A stretch of 64,000 nucleotides of DNA from Xylographa opegraphella (lineage: Eukaryota): NCBI GenBank assembly GCA_022813865.1, contig JALDZX010000008.1, positions 186,001-250,000 of the forward strand. Direction: 5' to 3'. A program made the translations under genes and the position numbers. Numbering within the stretch: the first letter of the stretch is position 1; each line of letters opens with the position of its first letter. The notes beneath the pieces are model-generated. The model did no database searches and was not told where the DNA came from. It worked only from the letters and a program-made list of their open reading frames with translations. Shown here piece after piece: positions 24,388-35,670 of the stretch.

Positions 24388-24954
24388 CTAGCCGGCAGCT
24401 CCGCCATTTCCCACAGAACCAGCATGACCAGCACCTCCCTCCCGCTGTCCCAGCACATGCAGCCCATCGCGACCCATATCCACCAAGTGCTGCTGCTCCA
24501 CACAATACGCCGTCCCATACTTCTTGTACCAGCGCAGGAACAACAACGCCGGGTTGGGCGGCGTGTACGGCCCGTCGACGCAGATCTGCGTCGGCGTGCA
24601 ATACCCAATGACGTACTCCTCTTGATCGGCGGCCACGAGGCCCTCCAGCATCGACGGCGTGCCGGGCGCGCGGCAGTCGATGCGGTACCGGCGGAAGTGA
24701 TACGGCGCCTTCACGATGCTGTTGCGCACGCAGTGCGATTGTTGGAACGTCCAGCTGTCGTGGGCGCCGGCCGGGCTGTGCTCGTTGTAGGAGAGCCGGC
24801 AGTCCGTGAGCGCGTGGGAGGTCTCAAGCACGCGGCGGTGTAGGGCGGTGGGGGAGACGGCGGGAGGGAATGGCGCGTTGGAGGAATGAGCGAGTGTGAA
24901 TGGGAAGGCGGAGATAAGGTGGAAGATGACCGAGAGGAAGGTCGGGGCTCGCAT
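24388..24954 (-). CDS. Small secreted Cys-containing protein (candidate effector)
   Basis: Signal peptide MRAPTFLSVIFHLISAFPFTLA, LHRR Kex2-like site, six Cys, GC-rich codons. The C-terminus is uncertain. Confidence 0.6.
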   Translation of the reverse strand: MRAPTFLSVIFHLISAFPFTLAHSSNAPFPPAVSPTALHRRVLETSHALTDCRLSYNEHSPAGAHDSWTFQQSHCVRNSIVKAPYHFRRYRIDCRAPGTPSMLEGLVAADQEEYVIGYCTPTQICVDGPYTPPNPALLFLRWYKKYGTAYCVEQQHLVDMGRDGLHVLGQREGGAGHAGSVGNGGAAG

Positions 24955-26093
24955 TCTAGAAGTGCGAGGGTAGTGTGTTGGGGGGAAAACGCGCGATATT
25001 GACAGTGAAAGTTTGTGTAGACTATCTAGCTAGGGAATTTGTGAGATCTGTGGCGTTCGTTCGAACGTCAGAACAGACGGATAGATAGATATACGGATGC
25101 GACAGGAGACCGGACCCCACGCTTGCGGTGTCGAGCCATACATATAGCCGCCACGTCTCAGCACAAGATGCCAGCTCGCCTTGGCTGGTTCTCGTTCCGC
25201 AACTCGTCATTGCGACACGCTGTTGCGGTCTAGGCACTTTGCTCTCCGTGCTGAACTTGATAACCCCCAGATCGATCCATGTGCCTGATTCCGCTGGTGC
25301 GCGATACGATACCCAGGCCACATGCTCTGCCCGCTCTTCCTCCGTCCAGTATCCCAGGTGCCTTAGGATACCCTAGTGCGCTACGCCCACAACGCAATTA
25401 TCTTGCCATGGTATATCGGCGTGCCCCTGACCCTACCGTCCGAGTCTCCATCTCACCATTCCACCCCCACCGCCCCCCCTTCCGACGGTCCTCCTGGCCG
25501 GTCGTCACCAGGGCATCACCCCCACTACCACCATTGTCATCATACGTAATATAGGTAAGGTAGCTAAGGTCAGTTACCTACCTACCTTACCTACCTTATC
25601 TTATCTGTATTCGAACTCCAAACTAGCGCTACCCTAAGCGTGCCCATTCACCCTAACCCACCACCCCCCCCCACCAGCTTCAGCGCCCCCTCGCCGTTCT
25701 AGAACTTGCCATCTCCCCTGGCCATGCGCTGGCTATGGGCGTCTACTTCTCTACTCCCTACTCCCACCTCCCTACTCCGCCGTTTGTTAAGCAAGGTGAG
25801 TCGGCGATGTGGATGATTTAGTGTAAAGATAAGGATAGTCACCGAGTCGGAACTCCGCTTTGAGAGGGGGTGGGATAGCGAGAACGACGGACGGGGTGTG
25901 GAGTATGGTGGTATACAGTACACTGTATGCCCAACCCTATCAACACGACACGGTGATGCAGTCTATAGCGTATCTCAGCCGTTCGCATGCCGAAGGTTTT
26001 CTCGCTTCTTCGCAGCGCATGCTTTCGTACTGGCTCAGTACCGGGATGATATACACAGGACGACCACCTCCTCTCCTTCAAGCAAAGATGCCC

Positions 26094-27485
26094 TCACCCT
26101 CTCCACGCCCGCGTCATCTCCACCCTTCCCCGTGTCCCCGGTCCTAGCGGAGGGTGCGGACCGACGGCTCTTTCCTCAACCTCCACGCGCTTCGACCCAT
26201 TCCCGATATTAGTCAGCTGCACGAAGCCTTCTTCATTGCTGTTATTCATCCGCCGACCAATGGCAATAAAGCGATTAGTCAGGCCGTTGTTCGGATCCGC
26301 GGCTGACGAGTGCTGGCCGTCGCGCGGGCTGGCGGGGTGGACGGAGCCGGTGGCGACGGCGCGGGGGAGGGGCCAGAAGGCCGGGACGGAGGCGGAGACG
26401 ATGCCGATGTGGACTTCGATGTTGGTCCAGATGCAGGTGGGGACGTATGTCCCTGTTGGATGTGAGCTGGGTTATGTGGAGCGCGAAAAGGGAGTGAGGG
26501 GATGAGATGAGGGAGTGGGTATGGCAACAGACATACATGTGACGTCCTGGTTTGTGAGGTTCAGTAGTACGGTCAGGCGGATGATGGAGACCACAGCGAC
26601 GCTGTTGATTTGGTTAGTTGTTTTCGTGTATCGCTGCCACGATCCGGTATGTCCTTACAATCCACCAAGCGTGAAAACCAATATGACAGCGATCTTCTTG
26701 GGCCACGCTACTTGCAGCCACCATATGTATGGCAGCGGCATCGTCAAGAGCGCAATGTCAGTGACGATATTGGGTACCGCAATGCCGATGAAGAAGCTGT
26801 GGATGTTGATACAGCGACCTGTAACGCTTGGATCCCACATGGCGTTCACGGGTACGTACGAAAACATTGCTGCGCCCTCCTTTGTACATGATCAGCGATT
26901 GGCGCCCCTGGTGTCGTCACCGGAGATATCTACCACGTATAGCACCCAGCAACCGATTAGGCCTGCGACAAGGTAAAGAGGTATCTGGAAACTGGGGACT
27001 TGGAAGATCCGACTATAGTAGAAGAGGATGGAGAATTTAGTTGCAGCAATAGGTAATGGGTATAGTATCTCGAAGGCGTAAAGACACTTGTAGAACGTAA
27101 GGACCGAAGGAGCGCCAGCGACCTCGGCATGTTGGCCAAAGTTGTGTGATACCACTATATGAGAAATGAGCTCGATGACAATTTGGATTTGCAGGTATTC
27201 TTGTGGGCCCTACAGTAGAGGGTCAAAGCGAGAGGTCCCAATGCAAGTACCTGGAGACACAATGTCAGGATTTGTCTTCGATGACAGGCGAATGCGGCAT
27301 ACAAGAGCAAGAAGAATCACAAAGTCGTCCCACCAGAACGAAGCCTTGATCACAGCACGTGAAAGGAACCGCAAGCAGACAGCGATTACTGCCAGCGAGA
27401 AGCACATGATTGCGATGATATCAAGCTTAGGCCCTTGAGTAGCATATAGATCCTCGGAGGACAGCGTGCTCGTATTCGAATCCAT
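26094..27485 (-). CDS. PTH11-like (fungal rhodopsin domain) integral membrane protein
   Basis: Multi-exon. VCLRFLSR...WWDDF, TKFSILFYYSRIF, NIVTDIALLTMPLPYIWWLQ...KKI, WTNIEVHIGIVSASVP. Several short GT-AG introns were traced. Confidence 0.8.
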
Positions 27486-28916
27486 AAAGAGTAGTCTAGT
27501 GACCTTCAGTCGGCCGAGGCAGATGATTGATATAAATGACGACGAATCCTCTTGCGCATGGCTGTGGAATAGGAAGACAAGATAGAAGACAACGCTATAC
27601 AATGCGATACGGAGGACATGATATATCCCGCATAAACCCCAATCGCGGGGAACAGATGCCGGTTGGGTCAGGGACGAGAGCAAGATAGAAACCACACAAC
27701 CGGGTTCAGAGAATCTATGAGTGACATGAAACCACCCTGTAGTCAGGTACGTGGTGGCGAGGGGGAGCTTCGAAGGCCCATAGCCTAGAAATGCGGCCAC
27801 TGTTCAGCTTCCCCGCGAAATACGGGAGCCAGAAGTCGTTTGTGGGTGCGGCCACGGACGACCTTGAAGCTTGGTCATGCTATATGAAGAGATACTTCCG
27901 AGGCTAAGCTTTAGGTTGATGGAGGATGCCTTATCGTATACAAGCGTGCTGAAGATGCCGCGAACAATGTTTCCATGGAAAGCGGTCCACCGCACCGAAC
28001 CAGTGTGATCGAGCAGAAGTATGCCACCCAGCTTTCGTGGGAACTATTTGACTTCTGTGGGTGATTGCATGCACATCCTTGCCATCAGAGCATCAACTCA
28101 ACCCTGAAGTTGCTTACATGAAGTGGAAGAGTAGACTTTAGCGAGTCTTGGCAGGGCAGGCGCTTTTCTTATATCATTCCATATTTTAATTCCGTTCTTG
28201 AGACCGCGTCTACGCAGACACTAAGGGAACGTATGAAGATCCACATCGCAGATGAAATCAATACCACCGCCTACGATGCCGACGAGCTAGCAAGGGGCGG
28301 GCCCTTCAGACTACGACATCCTCAAATGGAAGGTGACTGTGCTGTATTGGTCCAGCGCCATGAAGCACGGAAGCGCAAATCATTCCAAATTATTTAAACA
28401 GCATGAGAAGTGTCATCCTTTTTTCCATAATATCACACAACGGATCCTCGGCATGCTTTATGTATCATAGTCCAAATATACCTTCACGGCTGTATTGCCC
28501 AAAGTAGATATATACCCCGACGCCCATGCCGTGGTCGACCTAGGGTGGCGTTCTCGTGGTACATCAGCGCTTTCAAATGCTCAAACCAGATATTGCGATG
28601 TGCTTTTGGTAGTGCTCAAGGTCTGAGCATGATGTCGTGTTTCCTGCTCTGTATATTATCGTATACCTGCCAATAAGAACCCGTCTTGCCATTCGCGTAT
28701 ATCTGCCGCAACTTTCAACTTCATGATATGAGTTGTGTGCCACAAATGCTCTCGAAAGATCAGTGACCACTTCAAAACGCCGATTGTCGAAACGGAGCGG
28801 CCTTGTCACTCAATGTACAGGAACCCTACCCAGTCATCCTCCTAATTTATGGTTACGAATCATGGCACGAATGCCGGACCGTGTGCAGCATTGACAGTTT
28901 CCGATTGTATCAAACG

Positions 28917-30291
28917 CTAACTGCTTGCACCCATCACGTGGCTCTCCTCAGGATAGGCATGGAGATCTTGAGATACATAAACCTCGTTCGAGGCAGGTAT
29001 TTCATCGTAGAGTGCCGCTTCCGAATTCGAAAAATCAAACGGCTTAAAGACTTCGTCCATGATGACGGTGCTGAGCATTGCTCGCTGATGAAGCGGGACC
29101 GTATCGCTGATCTGCCGTTGGTGAAGGGAGGGCCCGCTATGCATCTGCCCATACGTCCCAGATGGCTTGTTTCGCACTTGCCGCTTTGAGGGGCCTGCCG
29201 AGTTTTCAGACCTCGTGTACAATGCCCGGAAGGATGCGAGACACGCAACTATGATAGCTGTATGGAAGAAGCAGTCAGCGCCGTTCCGTCGCGGATCGTC
29301 GCTACTCAACACCACGATGGACGACTGACCGACTGACGATTCTACGCCACCCCACAGGATGAGCCAGGTCAAGTCCAAGGTATCATCCTTTGTGGATATG
29401 ACCACTCGAATGATGGCGACGACGATGACGAATACCGTCAGGGAGCAGATTCCCACCAATGCAAGCTTCTTCCGCAGGTTTATCTTTATGTTCCAGAGTA
29501 TGTTGGTCGACACTAGAATGACTATGATTTGAGTCAGCTTGATACATTCTCAAACGAGCGACTATCCAATATACTCACTCGAGACGTCGGTCAAGATGTC
29601 GAGAGAGGTCGACAGCCGTAGGGCTAGATACTCCATGTCCACTGTCCTTGTGCTTTCGCAATATTCTATTGCATATCAGCCTCACAATCAGTGGTCATGG
29701 CACATCAAACACGCACCGATGATGTATGTGACCGAGCTCGCTAGGCACAAATAGTCCAGCGTACCAATACAAACTGCGAGCGAGGCCAGAACAAATGCCA
29801 TCGCGGTCCACCAAATGATCCTCTGTCGTTTCACATTGCGGCCGAGACCTCGAAAGAAAAAGAGAAAGGAAAGCTTGACACTCCACAACGTTGTGAATTG
29901 TATCAGGTAAGCGGCAAGGAGCGAACGCAAAAACGTTTGCATTTCGGAGAAGAAATCGGTTGGGAGCGCCACTGATTCTCCACTGGCGACGGCAACACCC
30001 AAGTATAACTGCTTCCTTGCGGCCTGCCAAATGGACGCGCTGCCGAGAGACATGATCCATGCGGCTAACAAGAAGCCGTCGTCCACCGACACCCGGTGGA
30101 AGACCTTCATGCGAACATAAATCCGGAAGACAAAGAAGCAGAACGAGACTGCAACTCCAGCCCAAAGCACAGCCTAATAAACCAGAGATCAGCCTCTAAC
30201 CACTTCCACGAAACCGTCACCAAATTACCAGCAGTGTGTCCTGGGAGACCCGTGCTGGGGTTGTGTTCGCCGTAGCATCCACAGACGCCAT
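28917..30291 (-). CDS. PTH11-like (fungal rhodopsin domain) integral membrane protein
   Basis: Multi-exon. FRIYVR...VDDGFL, WSVKLSFLFFFRGL, ILWNIKINLRKK, WGGVESSV/AIIVACLASFRALY. Start MASVDATANTT at 30291. Confidence 0.85.
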
Positions 30292-31072
30292 GATGTAGTT
30301 ACTTGCAACGCTACCGAAGCCTGGACGTCTTCCCGAACGAGGGTTTTCACAGCAAACAGAGACTCCGATTCACCATGCAAGAAGTAGAACGGACGAACGA
30401 TGGACGTAAAACACAAAGAGGAAACGAAACGTCCACGACAGGAAGGAGACCAGACATGATAAGGCGCAAAACAAGCGGCACCAGGGCACTGCTCCTACGG
30501 TGACAAGTGAGATGATGCAGCATTGATGCAGTTTACCTGCAGGAGCTGAAACGCATCTTACACCACGTGAGATGCCTTTGCCGTAAAGTTAGCAAAAGTA
30601 TCACAAATAGTATGTGAGTGTGGCTAAGGTTGAATGGTTCACATTCCGTAGGTAGACTCGGGAAAGTCGAGAGTTTCCCGACTGACGTGGTTTAAGGCAC
30701 GCGGAAGCTTAGCTAGACCGTCAAATTGCGCTGCTTGCTTGGGGGGGCCGGAGCTGTTTTAAGGCCCCCAAACCAGATTTTAGCGAGGGGAAGCCGTTAA
30801 TTGGTTGTCACTCAGCCTCCGAACGGCCTGTTGCTTGCCGCGGCCTAAAAGATGACATGCAGCTTCCAGCCAGGTTCCCGTGCGCAGCCTCGAAAGTCAA
30901 AATAGGGTAAGCCGTTGTATCCAGATGCCGATTACTAGGTACCTTACCTTACCGTTCTCGAATTCGGTGGACATCGAAAACAACACCTTTCACGTGCTGA
31001 TTCAACAAAGACGGATCTTGTGGGTGAGTGGGGTGTGGATGTCGGGGATAGCTTCGAACATCAGGCTCAATA

Positions 31073-32403
31073 ATGGGTCTCCATCCAGTCATACTCTTTG
31101 CAGTGCAAGTGACTATCAGCACTATTGTCCTTGGCTTCACACGTCCAACCTCCTACGTTCGACTGGGTGCCCTCCCGTTCGTACTGGTATGTGTGTCAAT
31201 GCTTATCGAAAGCTGCAACGAGCTGAAGATACGAAGCGCCTGGGCAGCGATACTGAGTGGATTCGCCGTGACGTTCCTGTTCCAGTATCTGGATGTTGCA
31301 TTGCTCAGTAGCTGGAGCGCGGAGTCGGGCGCGCCAGCAGATGTACCGGCAGAGCAGTCCAAGTCTGTGTCCGCTCACCATGTCACAGAGCACGTCGACC
31401 CGACCCTTCAGACCCAAGCGAAACACAACGAAGCAATCGCGCATTCTTGGAAGTCTCGCATTGTCCTCGGAGCATCCATTCTTTGCTCGTTTCGCTTTAT
31501 CGGAACAGCATTCGAGGTGAAGAATATGACTCGTTCCTCCAGTCGGGATTCCTACGACAAGCTCGGTACAGCCAGTCCATTGATGCAGTTGGCTATTACC
31601 ACAGTGGTCTGCTATTTACTCTTGGACTTCTTGGATTTCAATTCGGATGATCCGATGGTACATACATACTTTTCATCTCCAAACATCCCATTCTTTGCAC
31701 GCGCGAAACATATCTCAATCACAGAGCTGGCCATGCGAATCTCTGCCATGGTGGGCTCGGGGATCGGCACGATTTGTGTCCATCGAGGTGTCTACAGTTT
31801 TGCCGCGTTCGTCAGCGTTGCTTCGGGACTCGATGAGCCAGCAGCTTGGCCACCGCTCTTCGGATCGCCATTAGAAGCCTACTCTCTGCGCCGGTTCTGG
31901 AGGTAAGGTCACCTATGTCTCGTTGGATTGAAAAATGAGTCGCTGAGGCACGGTGTAGCATGTTCTGGCATCAAAACAACACGAGGAAATTGTCATCGCT
32001 CTCACGCTTCGCCGTACATGAAGTGCTGGGATTTTCAGAAAGAGGCTTGACAACAAAGTACCTGCGAGTCTTGACAACCTTTCTGGCTTCGGGAATCATG
32101 CATCTGCTCATGGACCTCGCCGCGGGTATTTCACTCCAGGAATCCGGAGCTGTTCGTTTCTTCTGCACTCAAGTCGTCGGCATTGCGATCGAGGATGTAT
32201 TCCTAAGTGCATATCGCTCCAGGTTGAACACTACGCAGCAAGTGCCGTTCCTGTCGGAGAGACTGGCTGGATACATCTGGGTGGCGGCCTTCCTGACATG
32301 GTCCAGTCCCGTTTACATGTATCCAATCATGGAGCGCCGGATGACCGACGAGACCAGCACCGTCGTGCCATATAGCTTCGTCCAAGCGTGGAGCCAGAGA
32401 TGA
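31073..32403 (+). CDS. TRI7-like membrane-bound O-acyltransferase (MBOAT_2 / wax synthase domain)
   Basis: WPPLFGSPLEAYSLRRFW|SMFWHQ and FLASGIMH motifs. Intron 31903-31958. Confidence 0.88.
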
Positions 32404-32788
32404 CAGCATCGAGGCCGATTGTCGCGCGAAGCATTACAGGGAAAGTCTGCATGATAGAACAAAAGCTATAAAGTGGTAATCAGTCGCTGGGATCTTGGGC
32501 ATGATGAAAAGATGATGTGCGTAGATCATAGAACACGGCGAGCATAAAAGACACCGAAAATAAAAACACAGCGGAAATCATGGGCCAGATTGAATGGAAT
32601 ACCGAGCGATGGAGAATATTCCTATCGTCACCGTCACTAAACCGTACAGCCGCGGAATGCCTCGGTGTGGGCCCGGTGTGGGCCTGGTGACGTGGTTTCA
32701 GCAGCCTAGTTGAGTAGGCAAAGGGGTAGGCAAAAGGATTGGATCGGGGTCGCAGCTAGGTCAAGTCTTTTCTGAATAAGGTCACTAT

Positions 32789-32789
32789 N
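32789..32789. other. Ambiguous base / possible contig join
   Basis: Single N in the sequence. Composition becomes AT-richer shortly after it. Confidence 0.9.
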
Positions 32790-32929
32790 CGTCCGACAGA
32801 GAGTGAAAAGAAGAAAAAACGAATTAGCTGCCGTTGTGGCTCTGCTGCTCTATCGCTAGATGTAGATGCGTGAGGAAGGAAGCTCGAAATCAAAAAGCGC
32901 CCAAAAGACCCGCCCCGAATCCACCACAC

Positions 32930-33160
32930 TAAAAATTTAAATATATTTATAGTTTCAGATATTTAAAGCACTCGTTTGCAAAAATTAACGATATATTCGC
33001 TAGTAAGCTGTTCCTTGAGGTTATTTAGTTTAGCTTGAACTTTATGCCTGTTGATTGGTAAAACGTAAAGGCTTGCTATCCACTTTTTAACTCGATAAGA
33101 TCTTTCACCCCTTCTGGGGCAAAATCTTTTTTTATAGCACGGTTTTTTTTTTGACTCTTA
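32930..33160. repeat. AT-rich, TpA-rich segment (probable degenerate/RIP-mutated repeat)
   Basis: aaaaatttaaatatatttatag and poly-T runs, no ORF, sharp contrast with flanking composition. Confidence 0.4.
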
Positions 33161-33508
33161 GTACGGCCTCTGACTACCCACGTCTCCTGCCTGAGTGATG
33201 ACACATGGAAGGTTGCCACGAGGGTTGGTACCTCCGATCAAAGCAAGCACATGGTGTGATCTCGAAAGTGTATCTAGAGATAGTCTCTGGGAGATGTGAG
33301 CATGGAGGTACGAGGTCAAACAGATAGATGAATTCGTATCCTTGGTTATAATTCAGCTGTAGGAAAATATATTGTCATTGAATCGCGAGTATACCCCGGA
33401 ACCTCCGCAGAACCACGACTGTTCCGGACTGGTACACTAGGCTAATCTTATAGGTACCGAGGGCTATTTGATTTATTCTAACCCACCTGAACTTGTTTCT
33501 CTTTTATA

Positions 33509-35653
33509 ATGGAAGCTATACCAGAATTAGTAGATGTCGCGGCTGATATATGCGTACTTTGTCGATATTCTGTACTCATCAACGGAGACGGTAGAACAGC
33601 TTGGGATGTCGTTGCTGGTATGTTTCCCGCATCTGTTTCTTCCAGTAATGATTGGTTGATATTTCTAATAGTTGTTGGCTCTACGCAACATCTTGGCCGG
33701 ACAGGTTCTTTCACACTTTGCTCGGACAAATATGAGCGGCAATCGATCCTGGTCCATTGGAAAGCCACTGGTCGAGCTTCAGAAGTGATTTTCCGACAAT
33801 GCCCAAGGAGACAATGCCACCATCGGAAACATGATTATCTCGCAATATGCTTCCACGTAAACTGCTACAGTCTGCTACAACGGTATTTCACTCGCCCAGT
33901 CAGCCAGATCTATGGTCCGACAATGCAAGAGATATGGCTGTTAGGGAGATCAAGGCTGTGGCTATCAGTTCCAAAGCCCGAACGACTTGAAGAGTATATG
34001 ATATCCCTCGTCTCCACTGCTTGTTGTGGTGATATGCAACGGGCAATGCAAAGTTTTACGATTTGCTCGACCTCCTTATCTTACCGTTTGTTCTCAAGGC
34101 TTCCCAATGAGTTGAAGCGAATTCTGATCTTACAGACCTGGAGACATTATTTCTTTGCCCCCATGATAGTCCTTAACGACAGTCGATTGCATGTTCAGAG
34201 CCTGCGGCTTCTCCATCCGTATAAAGAGTATCTCAATGAACCTATCGGCGGGGGCCCTTGAGAAAGATTTACGTTGGTCGGACAGCCTTCAATAACCATA
34301 CATACGTTACATACATGTCCAACAAGGCTATCCTACCTAATGAGTTGTTTATCGAACAAACTTCGGAGACGTTTTAGCTCCGGCTCACTTTTGATGAACT
34401 GGCACTTCGTGGAGTTGAGTTTCTTGGTAAGTGTACCTACTCTAAGTTCTATCAAAGATCTATTCCGGCGAAATTATGGTACAGAACTCTTGAACCGCTC
34501 CACGGGAAAGCTATTTCTCAAGTACAAAGAATTTCGGATGTGCGTCACATCAGGTCCTAAGAAAGCGTTTCATTTGCTCACGTATTTTAGGGATTTCTCA
34601 TTCGGGATGTTGACATTTGCCAAGAGCCTTTGGTAAATCCAACTTTCAATAGAATTCTCGAATGGGATACTCCCGAGTCTCCCTCCGTCGAAGATCAATA
34701 TTGCTATAAAACGAATGATTCAACGAGACAGGCACAACCAGTACGCATGAAATGGTTGCCTATGAAGCCTGGAGTAGTAGGAATTATCGCTGCGCATGGG
34801 TTTGACGGCCTTCTGGAACTGCAGGCTTGGTACGATAGATCCGATGCCCAACAAATCTACGAGACAGTGTCAAGCCACGATAATGCCGACGACGTTCTAT
34901 GGACATTCTGTCCAATCTCTCCAAATGAGCATCTGTCAGATATTTGGGTTCGCTGACCACTACACGATGGCCTTCCACTAGCTATTTTGGTATGACCTTA
35001 CACCGGTAATTTGGACGTGCCTAATGATGTTAGCTCCATACAACACTGGGAAGGTCGATCACATTCGGACCCTACATCCATCCCTTGCACTACTTACAGT
35101 ACCATTTCCACTCCCTGAACCAGAACACAGCCGGCACAATCTCTGGGCTTTATTATAATGCGATAGGATTTCAACAACGTGCTATTCTAGATATTGGTGT
35201 CACATGGCAGGAATCTCAACCCTCGCAGACACCACGCATACCTCCTAATCATCCGCTCTTTATAGGTCATCCAGATGATTCGTTGAGCTCTAGATGGTTT
35301 GTCTCGTCCGCCTCGTTATCGAACATCGAGTCCATCCAATTATGCATCAACGAAAGTCATGTACGACGAAGATGTATTGGGTTGTTATTCTGTTACCGAG
35401 ACCACCTCTGCCAAAGCGTCGGGCAGTGGCGTTGGGACTTTGATACAACTAGAATCGTGAAAGTTCATGAAAATTCTGCTCGAATCTGTTTGCACTAGGA
35501 TCATAACAATCCCTTTATCTTCAATGTCGAAATAGAGTCGTCAACCGAGGAGTCCATAAAGTGCGGCTCATCCAGATGGGAATGCCATGGTCTGGTGGGT
35601 CAACTTGCATGGTGGTTCTACGGCTCAGAGGATCGCATAGTATTTCAGCCGTG
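33509..35653 (+). pseudogene. Disrupted fungal F-box-like hypothetical protein gene
   Basis: N-terminal CxxC and F-box-like LFSRLPNEL. One protein can be threaded through a frameshift at ~34250, in-frame stops at 34375, 34954 and 35496, and two short introns. Ends ...QLAWWFYGSEDRIVFQP*. Confidence 0.7.
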
Positions 35654-35670
35654 ATAACGAAGTCGACGAG

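Noticed and set aside
25648..25662. ACCCTAACCC, resembling a telomerase RNA template or telomeric repeat
   Set aside because: Single 10-mer in C-rich low-complexity DNA. No recognisable pseudoknot or CR4/5 elements, and limited room before the neighbouring gene.
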